Position numbers and translations under genes: made by a program | The notes under the pieces: generated by a model | Databases searched by the model: none | What the model saw: the letters and a program-made list of their open reading frames with translations, nothing else | Told to the model about the DNA's origin: nothing | Assembly: GCA_027021705.1 (NCBI GenBank) | Contig: JALUTT010000132.1 | Location: 26,727-90,726 of the forward strand | Origin: Anaerolineae bacterium | Lineage (GTDB): Bacteria; Chloroflexota; Anaerolineae; S140-20 | Reading direction: 5' to 3' | DNA length: 64,000 nt | Part shown: in pieces, positions 21,862 to 30,563 of the stretch | Numbering within the stretch: position 1 is the first letter of the stretch | Layout of the letters: each line of letters opens with the position of its first letter

Positions 21862-22674
21862 ATGCCGGAAGTTTTCGTCGTTTCCGATGCCACGGGCACC
21901 ACGGCGGAGCGGGCTGTCCGGGCAGCCTTGGTTCAGTTTGAGGACCCCCAGGTGACCATCACCCGCTACGGTGGCGTGCGCACACCGGAGCAGGTGCGCG
22001 AGATCGTCCTCCAGGCGGCCAAGGCCGGCGGCTTCATCGTTCACACCTTGGTCTCGGCCGAGATGCGGCGGATTATGCTGGAGGAAGGGCGGAACCACAA
22101 CGTGGCCACCATTGACCTGATGGGGCCGCTGCTGGCCCGGCTGACCGAACTGCTCTCCATACCGCCCCGGGCCCAGCCGGGGGGATTCCGTCCCTTCGAC
22201 GCCGGCTACACCCGGCGCATCGAGGCCATCGAGTTCACCGTCCGCCACGACGATGGGCGCAATGTTGACGACCTGGACCAGGCGGAGATCGTGCTGGTGG
22301 GCGTCTCCCGCACCTCCAAGACCCCGCTGAGCATCTACCTGGCCTACCGGGGCTGGAAGGTGGCCAACGTGCCCATCGTCCTGGGCGTGGAGCCGCCTTC
22401 CCAGCTCTTCCGGCTCCCCCGACGGCGGGTGGTCGCCCTCACCGTCCAGCCGGAGCGGCTGGCCGCCCTGCGCCGGGTGCGGGCGGAACGGATGGGCACT
22501 GCCGGCTGGCAGTACGCCGACCTGGATCACATCCGCCGGGAGGTGGCCTACGCCTACGAGATCTTCGACCGACGGCGCGACTGGCCCATCGTGGATGTCA
22601 CGACCAAGCCCATTGAGGAGGCGGCCGCCGAAGTCGTCGCTCTGATCGGGGGGCATCCCGAAGAGGCGGATTAG
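21862..22674 (+). CDS. ppsR: PEP synthase/pyruvate phosphate dikinase regulatory protein (DUF299)
   Basis: VSDATGTTAE, HDDG, GVSRTSKTPLSIYLA, ANVP. Confidence 0.92.
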   Translation: MPEVFVVSDATGTTAERAVRAALVQFEDPQVTITRYGGVRTPEQVREIVLQAAKAGGFIVHTLVSAEMRRIMLEEGRNHNVATIDLMGPLLARLTELLSIPPRAQPGGFRPFDAGYTRRIEAIEFTVRHDDGRNVDDLDQAEIVLVGVSRTSKTPLSIYLAYRGWKVANVPIVLGVEPPSQLFRLPRRRVVALTVQPERLAALRRVRAERMGTAGWQYADLDHIRREVAYAYEIFDRRRDWPIVDVTTKPIEEAAAEVVALIGGHPEEAD

Positions 22675-22707
22675 GAGAGGGGGAGAGATTGAGGGCCGCC
22701 GGAAGGG

Positions 22708-23580
22708 CTATTCGGGAGAGGCCGTGAGGCGGCTGAAGAGGGCTTCCAGCTCTTCGTCGGAGTAGAAGTGGATGACGATGCGCCCCCCCTTCTTGCCCCG
22801 CTGTAGGGTGACCTTGGTCCCCAGAGCCTCCCGCAGGCGGGCCTCCAGGGCTTGAACCTCCGGTGGGGGGGAGGGCGTCGGTCTGGTGGGGGCCTCCTCC
22901 TGGCCTTGCAACCGGCGCACCAGGGCCTCCGTCTGCCGGACGCTGAGCCCCTGCTTCACGACGGTCTGCAGGACCGCCGCCTGGGCGTCCTCGCTCTCCA
23001 GGGCCAGCAGCGCCCGGGCGTGCCCCTCGCGGATCTGGCCGGCCAGCAGCGCCTCCTGCACGGCCGGGCTGGCCTTCAGCAGCCGCAGCGTGTTGGTCAC
23101 GGCCACCCGGCTCTTCCCCACCCGTTGGGCCACCTCCGCCTGGGTCAGACCGAACTCCTCGATGAGCTGCCGGTAGGCCGAGGCCTCTTCCAGGGGGTTC
23201 AGGTCGGCCCGCTGGAGGTTCTCCACCAGCGCCAACTCCAGCATCTCGCGGGGGGCGGCCTCTTTGACGATGGCCGGGACGGTGGTGAGCCCGGCCATCT
23301 GGGCCGCTCGCCAGCGCCGCTCGCCGGCGATGAGCCGATACCGCGCCTCGCCGGACTCACCGGCCTCGGGGAGCCGGGTGACGATGAGGGGCTGGATAAG
23401 GCCATGCTCCCGGATGGAAGCGGCCAACTCCTCCAGGCTCTCGGGCTGGAGGGCGGTGCGGGGCTGATGGGGGTTGGGGAGGATGGCCTCCACGGGGACC
23501 TCGACGAGCCCCGACGGGTGGGACGGCCCTCCTGGGATCAGGGCGTCCAGCCCCCGGCCCAGACCGCGCTTACGGGGCAT
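22708..23580 (-). CDS. parB: Chromosome partitioning protein ParB/Spo0J
   Basis: GLGRGLDALI, NPHQPR, IAGERRWRAA, ENLQRADLNPLEEA. Confidence 0.96.
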   Translation of the reverse strand: MPRKRGLGRGLDALIPGGPSHPSGLVEVPVEAILPNPHQPRTALQPESLEELAASIREHGLIQPLIVTRLPEAGESGEARYRLIAGERRWRAAQMAGLTTVPAIVKEAAPREMLELALVENLQRADLNPLEEASAYRQLIEEFGLTQAEVAQRVGKSRVAVTNTLRLLKASPAVQEALLAGQIREGHARALLALESEDAQAAVLQTVVKQGLSVRQTEALVRRLQGQEEAPTRPTPSPPPEVQALEARLREALGTKVTLQRGKKGGRIVIHFYSDEELEALFSRLTASPE

Positions 23581-24406
23581 CGCCGACCTCCTGAGCGGGT
23601 GCCCCAGGGGCGGGTCGCTCCGAGGACGGACCTGCCGACGCGGCCTGATCCGCCTTCAGCAGTTCCAGGGCCAGCATCGCGTAGGCCCGGGCGCCGGCGG
23701 AACGGGGAGCGTAGGTGGAGATGGGCTCTCCGTGGCTGGGGGCCTCGCTGAGCCGGACGTTGCGGGGGATGAGGGTGCGGAAGACGCGGGGGCCGAAGTA
23801 GCGCCGCACCTCGGCCACCACCTGGCGGGCCAGCGTGGTACGGCCATCGTACATCGTGAGGAGCACGCCCCGGATGGTCAGGCGGGGGTTGAGGCGGGTG
23901 CGCACCAGTTCGATGGTCTGCTGGAGCTGGGTCAGCCCTTCCAGGGCCAGGTACTCGCACTGGACGGGGATGATGACGCCGTCGGCAGCGGTCAGGGCGT
24001 TCACCGTCAGCAGGCCCAGGCTGGGCGGGCAATCAATCAGGATGTAGTCATACCGTTGGGCGACGGAGGCCAGTTGCTGGGCCAGGCGGTGCTCCCGGCC
24101 CAGTTCGTTGACCAGCTCCACCTCGGCGCCGGCCAGGGCCGGGGCGCTGGGCACCAGGTCCAGCTTCAGGCGGGGGTTTCGCAGGATGGCGCGGGTGAGC
24201 GGCGTTTCGTCCAGGAGGACCTGGTAGATGGACGTGGAGAGGGCGAACTTGTCCAACCCCAGGCTAGAGGTGGCGTTGGCCTGGGGGTCCACATCCACGA
24301 TGAGTACCCGCTGGCCCTGTTCGGCCAGGTAGGCTCCCAGGTTGACGGCGGTGGTGGTCTTCCCCACCCCGCCTTTCTGATTGGCCAGCGCGTAGGTACG
24401 GGACAT
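23570..24406 (-). CDS. parA: ParA/Soj ATPase
   Basis: ANQKGGVGKTTT, DVDPQAN, IDCPPSLG, QCEYLALEG, NVRLSEAPS. Confidence 0.96.
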   Translation of the reverse strand: MSRTYALANQKGGVGKTTTAVNLGAYLAEQGQRVLIVDVDPQANATSSLGLDKFALSTSIYQVLLDETPLTRAILRNPRLKLDLVPSAPALAGAEVELVNELGREHRLAQQLASVAQRYDYILIDCPPSLGLLTVNALTAADGVIIPVQCEYLALEGLTQLQQTIELVRTRLNPRLTIRGVLLTMYDGRTTLARQVVAEVRRYFGPRVFRTLIPRNVRLSEAPSHGEPISTYAPRSAGARAYAMLALELLKADQAASAGPSSERPAPGAPAQEVGDAP

Positions 24407-24484
24407 TGCAACGGCGAGGTCTCCGGCGGCCAACTTTCCCTCGTTCCCCTGCACTGGTGTGGGGGTAAAGGGGAGATCGGCAGC

Positions 24485-25004
<520 letters not shown>

Positions 25005-25844
25005 TCAGGCAGCCAAGCCGTGTGATCTCAACGTTGCGATCTCTTCCGGCGTGGGGGTTCCCTCCAGGCCGGGACGGCGCACGGAGCGGGAGGCGACCTG
25101 GTTGGCGAAGCGGGCTGCCTCCCAGGGGTCGCCCGTCTCGTGGAGCCGGATGAAGAAGGCGGCCGCGAAGATGTCCCCGGCACCGGTGGGGTCCACTTCC
25201 TCCTGGGGGGTGACGGGGATGTGGCGCACCTCGTCGCCGACGTGAACCCGGCAGCCCTGGGCTCCCAGCGTGACCACCAAAATGGGAGCCAGCCGGGCGA
25301 ACTCGGCCAGGATGGCTTCGTCACCGCCGACGTCCTCGGGGCTCAGGACGACGGCGTCGGCATAGGGAAGCACCTGGTCGGCCTCTTCCCAACGCCGTAG
25401 CGAGACCCGCCCCGCTTCGTCCCAGGTCCGCAGCCACCCCTGGGGGGTGATCCCGATGAAGGAGCCGGGGAAAGCGTGGACCAGGGCCGGATCGCACTCA
25501 CGGGCCAGAGGTCCCAGGTGCACGATCCGGGGGCTGCGCCAGGCGGGAGGCACGGCGTCCGGCCCCAAGGGGGCGGCGACGGCGTGGATGATCTGCCGAC
25601 GACCGTGGGGGGTGTAGATGTTCTCAAAGGTGGTCGTCGCCGGGGCCGGCAGCCGTTCCATAGCGATGCCCCGCAGCGCACCGTCCAGGACCAGGTCGGG
25701 CGAGGCGCTGGTGAGCACGGCCACCCGATACCCCAGGGCCTGGGCTGTGCGGGCAGCGTAAGTGGCCGTTCCGCCCAGCGTCGGCCCCCAAGGGGTCAAG
25801 TCCTGGGTGATGTGGCCGATGAGGAGATAGTCGGGAGCGCGCAC
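25005..25844 (-). CDS. PfkB-family carbohydrate kinase
   Basis: GGTATY, VTLGAQG, DPTGAGDIF; GTG start at 25844 after AGGAAGGA. Confidence 0.9.
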   Translation of the reverse strand: MRAPDYLLIGHITQDLTPWGPTLGGTATYAARTAQALGYRVAVLTSASPDLVLDGALRGIAMERLPAPATTTFENIYTPHGRRQIIHAVAAPLGPDAVPPAWRSPRIVHLGPLARECDPALVHAFPGSFIGITPQGWLRTWDEAGRVSLRRWEEADQVLPYADAVVLSPEDVGGDEAILAEFARLAPILVVTLGAQGCRVHVGDEVRHIPVTPQEEVDPTGAGDIFAAAFFIRLHETGDPWEAARFANQVASRSVRRPGLEGTPTPEEIATLRSHGLAA

Positions 25845-25859
25845 AGTCCTTCCTTGCTC

Positions 25860-25978
25860 GTAACTGTTCACCCTCCCGCAGGTCTGGCGCGTTTCCGACG
25901 CGAAACCGTGCAAATAGCCCATCGGGGCTGAAAGCGCCCTCAACCGGTGACCTGTGGGAGGGTGGGCTGAATAGATAC
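25860..25978 (-). mobile_element. MITE copy 2 (119 bp, inverted)
   Basis: GTAACTGTTCA...TGAATAGATAC flanked by 8-bp direct repeat CCTTGCTC (25852-25859, 25979-25986). Confidence 0.9.
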
Positions 25979-25985
25979 CCTTGCT

Positions 25986-26795
25986 CTACTCTGATGGCTG
26001 GGAGGGCCGGTCGGGGCGCAGGAAGATGGTCACCTTGCGGCGGTCTCCCTGCCCGATGCTCTCGGTGGTGACCTGGGGGTGGTCCCGCAGGGCCAGGTGG
26101 ATGATGCGGCGCTCGGCCGGGGGCATAGGCTCCAGGACGACACGCCGACCGGTGCGCACCACCCGCTCGGCCATCCGCTGGGCCAACCGGCGCAGGCTCC
26201 GCTCCCGCCGCTGCCGGTATCCCTCCACGTCCACCACCAACGCCACCCGCCGTTCCAGCTCCCGTCCCACGATGAGGCGGGTGATGTACTGGAGCGCTTG
26301 CAGCGTCTCCCCACGCCGGCCGATCAGGCTGCCCAAGTCCTTCCCCCGGACGTTGAGGATAAAGGGCGGAGCCTCGGCCTCGCCGGCTTCCGGTTCCGGG
26401 TAGTGGACCTCGATGCGAGCCCGGATGTCCATCTTCTCCAACAGCTCTTCCAGGACCTGGCGGGCGACTTCTGCCTCCTGCTCCCGGGAAGGGGCCGGCG
26501 CTGGAGGAGGCGGAACGGCGGCTGGGGCAGGTGCTTCCGCCGGGCTTTCGGGTTCCTCTGGAGGCTCTGGGGGGGGTGGGGGAGGAGCTGGGGGATGATA
26601 GGTGAGACGGACACGAGCGGGGCGGGCGCCGATGCCCAGCAATCCTCGGCTTCCTCTGTCCAGGATCTCGACCTCGACCTCATCGCGCCGACGGCCCAAG
26701 CGAGCCAGGCCGGCCTCGATGGCTTCCTCTACCGTTGGACCAAGGCTCTCAACCGTCTGTGCAGAGCCATCCGGGTTGCTTACCGTTTGCTCCAT
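25986..26795 (-). CDS. jag: RNA-binding protein Jag/EloR/KhpB
   Basis: TVEEAI..G, GLLGIGARPARV, KH LIGRRGETLQALQ, R3H ERRIIH; alternative start 26804. Confidence 0.93.
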   Translation of the reverse strand: MEQTVSNPDGSAQTVESLGPTVEEAIEAGLARLGRRRDEVEVEILDRGSRGLLGIGARPARVRLTYHPPAPPPPPPEPPEEPESPAEAPAPAAVPPPPAPAPSREQEAEVARQVLEELLEKMDIRARIEVHYPEPEAGEAEAPPFILNVRGKDLGSLIGRRGETLQALQYITRLIVGRELERRVALVVDVEGYRQRRERSLRRLAQRMAERVVRTGRRVVLEPMPPAERRIIHLALRDHPQVTTESIGQGDRRKVTIFLRPDRPSQPSE

Positions 26796-26859
26796 AGAGA
26801 CCATCCACCTGTGTTCCGTGCTTCACGCATCACGTCTCACGTGATGCTGTGCGTTCTAT

Positions 26860-27642
26860 CTACCGACTCTTCTTCTTGCGGGATGACCGGGCGGGCTTCT
26901 TCCCCTTTGCTTGCTTGGCCGGGGCGGGTTGAGGAGCGGGGGCGGGCTGCTTGCGACCGATCAGATAGTACTGGACGATCCCCACCAAGTTGGAGATGAT
27001 GAAGTAGATGGAGAGCCCCGACGAAAACTGCATGGCGAAGAAGCCGAACATCAGAGGCATCATCACCTGCATGGATTGGGTCATGCTGGCCGACTGGGGG
27101 TCGGTGGCCGGTGGCGTCATCAGCTTCTGCTGGGCCCAAGTGGTGATAACGACCAGGAGGGGCAGGATGTAAAGGGGATCGGGCCGGCCCAGGTCGAGCC
27201 AGAGGAACGATTGGTCCAGGGGCAGCAGGCGGGAGAGGGTGGCCGCGTTGCCGTAGATGTGGCGGGAGAGGTCCAGAAGCTGCAATGGGGTGGTGCCCAG
27301 GACGCGGATGATGGCTTGGTAGAGGCCGAGCATGATGGGGAATTGAAGGAGGGTGGGCAGACACCCGCCCAGGGGGTTCACCCCATGCTCCTTGTAGAGC
27401 TTCATCTGCTCCTGAGCCAGCCGTTCCCGGTCCTTCCCATACTTCTTCTGGAGCTCCTGAAGCTTGGGCTGCAACGCCTGCATCGCCTGGGCCGACTGTT
27501 GCTGGCGCAGCGTCAGCGGGAGCAGGATGAGCCGGGTCAGGATGGTGAAGATGGTGATGCTCAGCCAGAAGCTCCTCCCCATCAGCCCATACAGGAAGAG
27601 GAGGGCGTTGATCATCGGGTCAAGAATCAGCAGGTCCCACAT
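26860..27642 (-). CDS. yidC: Membrane protein insertase YidC
   Basis: LQPKLQELQKKY, GVNPLGGCLP, FLWLDL..PDP.YILP. Confidence 0.95.
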   Translation of the reverse strand: MWDLLILDPMINALLFLYGLMGRSFWLSITIFTILTRLILLPLTLRQQQSAQAMQALQPKLQELQKKYGKDRERLAQEQMKLYKEHGVNPLGGCLPTLLQFPIMLGLYQAIIRVLGTTPLQLLDLSRHIYGNAATLSRLLPLDQSFLWLDLGRPDPLYILPLLVVITTWAQQKLMTPPATDPQSASMTQSMQVMMPLMFGFFAMQFSSGLSIYFIISNLVGIVQYYLIGRKQPAPAPQPAPAKQAKGKKPARSSRKKKSR

Positions 27643-27645
27643 CGT

Positions 27646-28743
27646 TCACTTCTTCTCCGTTGGCGGCGGAAAACGCCAGAGCGGTTGGCCGTTTTCGGCC
27701 TTCAGAGCGACCAACTTGCTTTCACTGCGCAGGAGGGAAACCAACAGGATGTCTTGGTGTCGAAGGATGGGGGTGAGGACCTGCCCCTCCAGCTTGATCC
27801 GCCACTGCTCCGTGCCCGTGGCCGGATCTAGAGCCAGAACGGTACCGTCCTCGTTCCCCACGTAGAGCACGTTGTCGGTCAGGGTGGGTGTGGCCCGTAT
27901 TCCCAATTCCCCTGTGCTGATGCGCCAGATCTCGCGCCCGTCTTCCGGGGCGACGGCGTAGAGGTTCCCCCCCAGGTCGCCGAAGTAGATGGCCTCTTCG
28001 GTCGCCAGGGCCCCCCCCCAGACCCAGTTGTCCACCTCGATGCTCCACCGTTCTTCACCCGTTTCCACGCTGATGGCGTAGAGCCGGTTGTCGAAGGAGC
28101 CGATGTAGAGGGTGTCACCCAGGAGGGCCGGTGTCCCGGCCATTGCACCCCCCGCCTCGAACTGCCAGACCAGGTCGCCCTGGGCTGCGTCCAAGGCGTA
28201 GAGGTAGTGGTCGGTGGAGGCTACGTAGACCCGGCCATCGGCGAGCAGGGGGGTAGCCCAGATGCGCTGGCTGGTGGAAAAGCGCCATAGCTCCTGCCCC
28301 TCCGGCGAGATGGCGTAGAGGTCACCGTCGGAGCTCCCGATGTAGAGGTTCCCGGCTTCGTCCACGACTCCCCCTTCGACGAAGCCGCCGTCCACCTTCA
28401 GCTGCCACTGTTCCTGACCGCTCTCCGCATCCAGGGCGTAGATGGTGTTGTCGTTGAAGCCGCCGACCACGACCAGACTGTCCAGAAAGGCCGGTGTCGT
28501 GTAGAAAGGACCGATGTTGCGATCGGGTTCTGGGGGGAAGGCCCACCGTTGCGTTCCGGTGGCGATCTCCACCGCGTAGACCTGCTCGTTGCCGGCCAGG
28601 TAGACGAGATCATCGCGGGTGGTCAGGCCAAACCAACTGCTGGCTTGTGCACCTCCACCGGCACAGCCGGTCAGGACAGAGGCGAGGATGAGGAGGAAAA
28701 ACAGGCCCCAGAACCTCCATGGCAGGTATTTCCGTAGAGCCAC
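27646..28743 (-). CDS. PQQ-like beta-propeller lipoprotein (BamB-like fold)
   Basis: Signal peptide with lipobox LTGC; repeated lYAlDa.tG..W motifs. Confidence 0.85.
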   Translation of the reverse strand: MALRKYLPWRFWGLFFLLILASVLTGCAGGGAQASSWFGLTTRDDLVYLAGNEQVYAVEIATGTQRWAFPPEPDRNIGPFYTTPAFLDSLVVVGGFNDNTIYALDAESGQEQWQLKVDGGFVEGGVVDEAGNLYIGSSDGDLYAISPEGQELWRFSTSQRIWATPLLADGRVYVASTDHYLYALDAAQGDLVWQFEAGGAMAGTPALLGDTLYIGSFDNRLYAISVETGEERWSIEVDNWVWGGALATEEAIYFGDLGGNLYAVAPEDGREIWRISTGELGIRATPTLTDNVLYVGNEDGTVLALDPATGTEQWRIKLEGQVLTPILRHQDILLVSLLRSESKLVALKAENGQPLWRFPPPTEKK

Positions 28744-28774
28744 CGATGTACTCCGCCGAGAACGATGTTGCGTC

Positions 28775-28896
28775 GTATCTATTCAGCCTACCCTCCCGCA
28801 GGTCACCGGTCGAGGGCGCTTTCAGCCCCGATGGGCTGTTTGAAGCGCGGTTTCGCGTCGGAAACGCGCCTAACCTGCGGGAGGGTGAACAGTTAC
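28775..28896 (+). mobile_element. MITE copy 3 (122 bp)
   Basis: GTATCTATTCA...TGAACAGTTAC flanked by 8-bp direct repeat GTTGCGTC (28767-28774, 28897-28904). Confidence 0.9.
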
Positions 28897-28903
28897 GTTG
28901 CGT

Positions 28904-29113
28904 CTAGGGAACCGGGTCGTAACCCCCCGGATGGAACGGGTGACAGCGGCTGATCCGCTTGACGCCCAGCCAGCCGCCCTTCAGCAGGCCGTACTTGTCA
29001 ATGGCCTGGTAGGTGTACTCCGAGCAGGAGGGGTAGAAGCGGCAGGTGGGGGGGAGGAGCCGCGAGATGGTCCGCTGATAGAGACGGATGAAGAACAGGG
29101 CCACGCGCTTCAT
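28904..29113 (-). CDS. yidD: Membrane protein insertion efficiency factor
   Basis: [24 protein letters not shown]. Confidence 0.95.
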   Translation of the reverse strand: MKRVALFFIRLYQRTISRLLPPTCRFYPSCSEYTYQAIDKYGLLKGGWLGVKRISRCHPFHPGGYDPVP

Positions 29114-29511
29114 TCCTGTTTCTGAACCTCCAGATCCACCGAATCCTTGGCCGCTCCGGGCTTTTCCCCCGGGGAATGGAGCAGACCAGCCTGGCGCAAA
29201 AGTTGCTCCAGCGCCTGATCCACTTGGTGAAAGGTGCACCCCACGATGGCCGGACGGGCGATGAAGACCAGGTCCCAACCGGGTTGGATGTGATCATAGC
29301 GCCGTCGGGCGGCCTCCCGGAGGAGCCGTTTGGCCCGGTTGCGCCGCACAGCCTTGCCCACCCGCCGGCTCGCCGTGACCCCGATGCGCGTGTAGGGCAG
29401 GTCGTTGGGAGCAGCCCCCAGGATCACCAGGGGGTGAAACCAGGAACGACCTTCCTGACGCACCCGCTGGAAGTCCTGTTTCCTGCGCAGTCGGTAGGGG
29501 CGCTTCAGCAA
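29110..29511 (-). CDS. rnpA: Ribonuclease P protein component
   Basis: [36 protein letters not shown] start inferred. Confidence 0.92.
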   Translation of the reverse strand: MLKRPYRLRRKQDFQRVRQEGRSWFHPLVILGAAPNDLPYTRIGVTASRRVGKAVRRNRAKRLLREAARRRYDHIQPGWDLVFIARPAIVGCTFHQVDQALEQLLRQAGLLHSPGEKPGAAKDSVDLEVQKQE

Positions 29512-29513
29512 GG

Positions 29514-29687
29514 TCAGGCTTTCCAGTTGATCCGTTTGACGTGCCCCAGGCGAGGGGTAAGCCGGTAGCGCCCTTTCAGGCGGCGGGCCTTCAGGACCCG
29601 TCGTCCCCCTTTGGTCCGCATCCGAGCGCGAAATCCGTGGACTCGTAACCGTTTTCGCTTCTTGGGTTGGTAGGTTCGTTTGGGCAT
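29514..29687 (-). CDS. rpmH: 50S ribosomal protein L34 (57 aa; below ORF-track cut-off)
   Basis: Hand translation [57 protein letters not shown]. Confidence 0.95.
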   Translation of the reverse strand: MPKRTYQPKKRKRLRVHGFRARMRTKGGRRVLKARRLKGRYRLTPRLGHVKRINWKA

Positions 29688-29738
29688 CTGAACACCTCGT
29701 CGTTGGTTGATCGGTCAGGCGGCCGGCCCGGCGTGGGA

Positions 29739-30488
29739 TCACCCGTTCTCGGGTTCGACGCCTAGGGCACGCAGTTGGGCGGCCAGCCGCTCGGCTCGCT
29801 GTCGTTCCCGCTCAGCCCGCTGGCGCTCTTGCTCGGCCCGCTCCGCCCCCGTGGGGATGACCTGACCCTCCAGGTCACACCAGCGCAACCAGAGAGCCTC
29901 GACACCCTCGTACTCGCCCTGCCAGAGCGTCAGGCCCAGCCCTACTCCCGGCAGTTCCTTCTCGGAGATCACCTTGGGCGGCTTGAGGGGCGACAGCTCG
30001 TGCACCCGCAGCAGGCCGATCCCCAGGAACCCGCCGGGATCGAAGACGACGTAATAGGGCACCCCAATGCGGGCGTAGGTCTCCAGCTTGCGGCCTAGCT
30101 CCTCCCCCTCCCGATTGGAGACGATCTCGATCACCACATCGGGGGGCTTGCCGTACAGCCAGATGAAGTAAGAGCGGTGCTCCTTGGGCCAGAGATCCGA
30201 CGGAGCCTGCACGTCCAGACTCAAGAGCACGTCAGGCACGATGGGCGGCTTGTAAAGGGCGTAGAAGAGGCCCACGTTGGCCATCACCAGGAAGGGACGA
30301 CCCTCCCCCGGCCCTGCCCAGGAGCTGTACAGCGGTTCGGTTAGCAAGCGCTGTTGCTTCTCGGAGAAGAGGTTGTCCACAGGTGTGTCATCCTCGGTCA
30401 CGAGATGGTCTACAGGCAGATGCTCGATGATGGGCAGGGCCTCAGGGGCTTCTTCGGCCTTCTCTACAACAGGAGACGTGGTACTCAT
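29739..30488 (-). CDS. Uma2-family PD-(D/E)XK endonuclease-like protein
   Basis: VPDV, PPDVVIEIVS, C-terminal ERAEQERQRAE repeats. Confidence 0.85.
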   Translation of the reverse strand: MSTTSPVVEKAEEAPEALPIIEHLPVDHLVTEDDTPVDNLFSEKQQRLLTEPLYSSWAGPGEGRPFLVMANVGLFYALYKPPIVPDVLLSLDVQAPSDLWPKEHRSYFIWLYGKPPDVVIEIVSNREGEELGRKLETYARIGVPYYVVFDPGGFLGIGLLRVHELSPLKPPKVISEKELPGVGLGLTLWQGEYEGVEALWLRWCDLEGQVIPTGAERAEQERQRAERERQRAERLAAQLRALGVEPENG

Positions 30489-30563
30489 CCCTTCACCTCA
30501 CTTTCCTCGGCCCCCGGTGAACCCCGTAGCAGAGGCAGATTATACCCTGTAGGAGAGCCGTCG

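Noticed and set aside
26827..26848. parS site (GTCTCACGTGATGC) near parAB
   Set aside because: Five mismatches to TGTTTCACGTGAAACA; better explained as an 8-bp-stem hairpin GCATCACG/CGTGATGC
29688..29738. oriC upstream of rpmH
   Set aside because: Gap of only ~50 nt, GC-rich, with no TTATCCACA boxes
29739..30488. Uma2 protein as a Bax1-like nuclease partner of XPB
   Set aside because: Separated by ~75 nt with its own TATAAT (minus strand near 30539-30544); Uma2 genes are commonly scattered, so linkage may be chance
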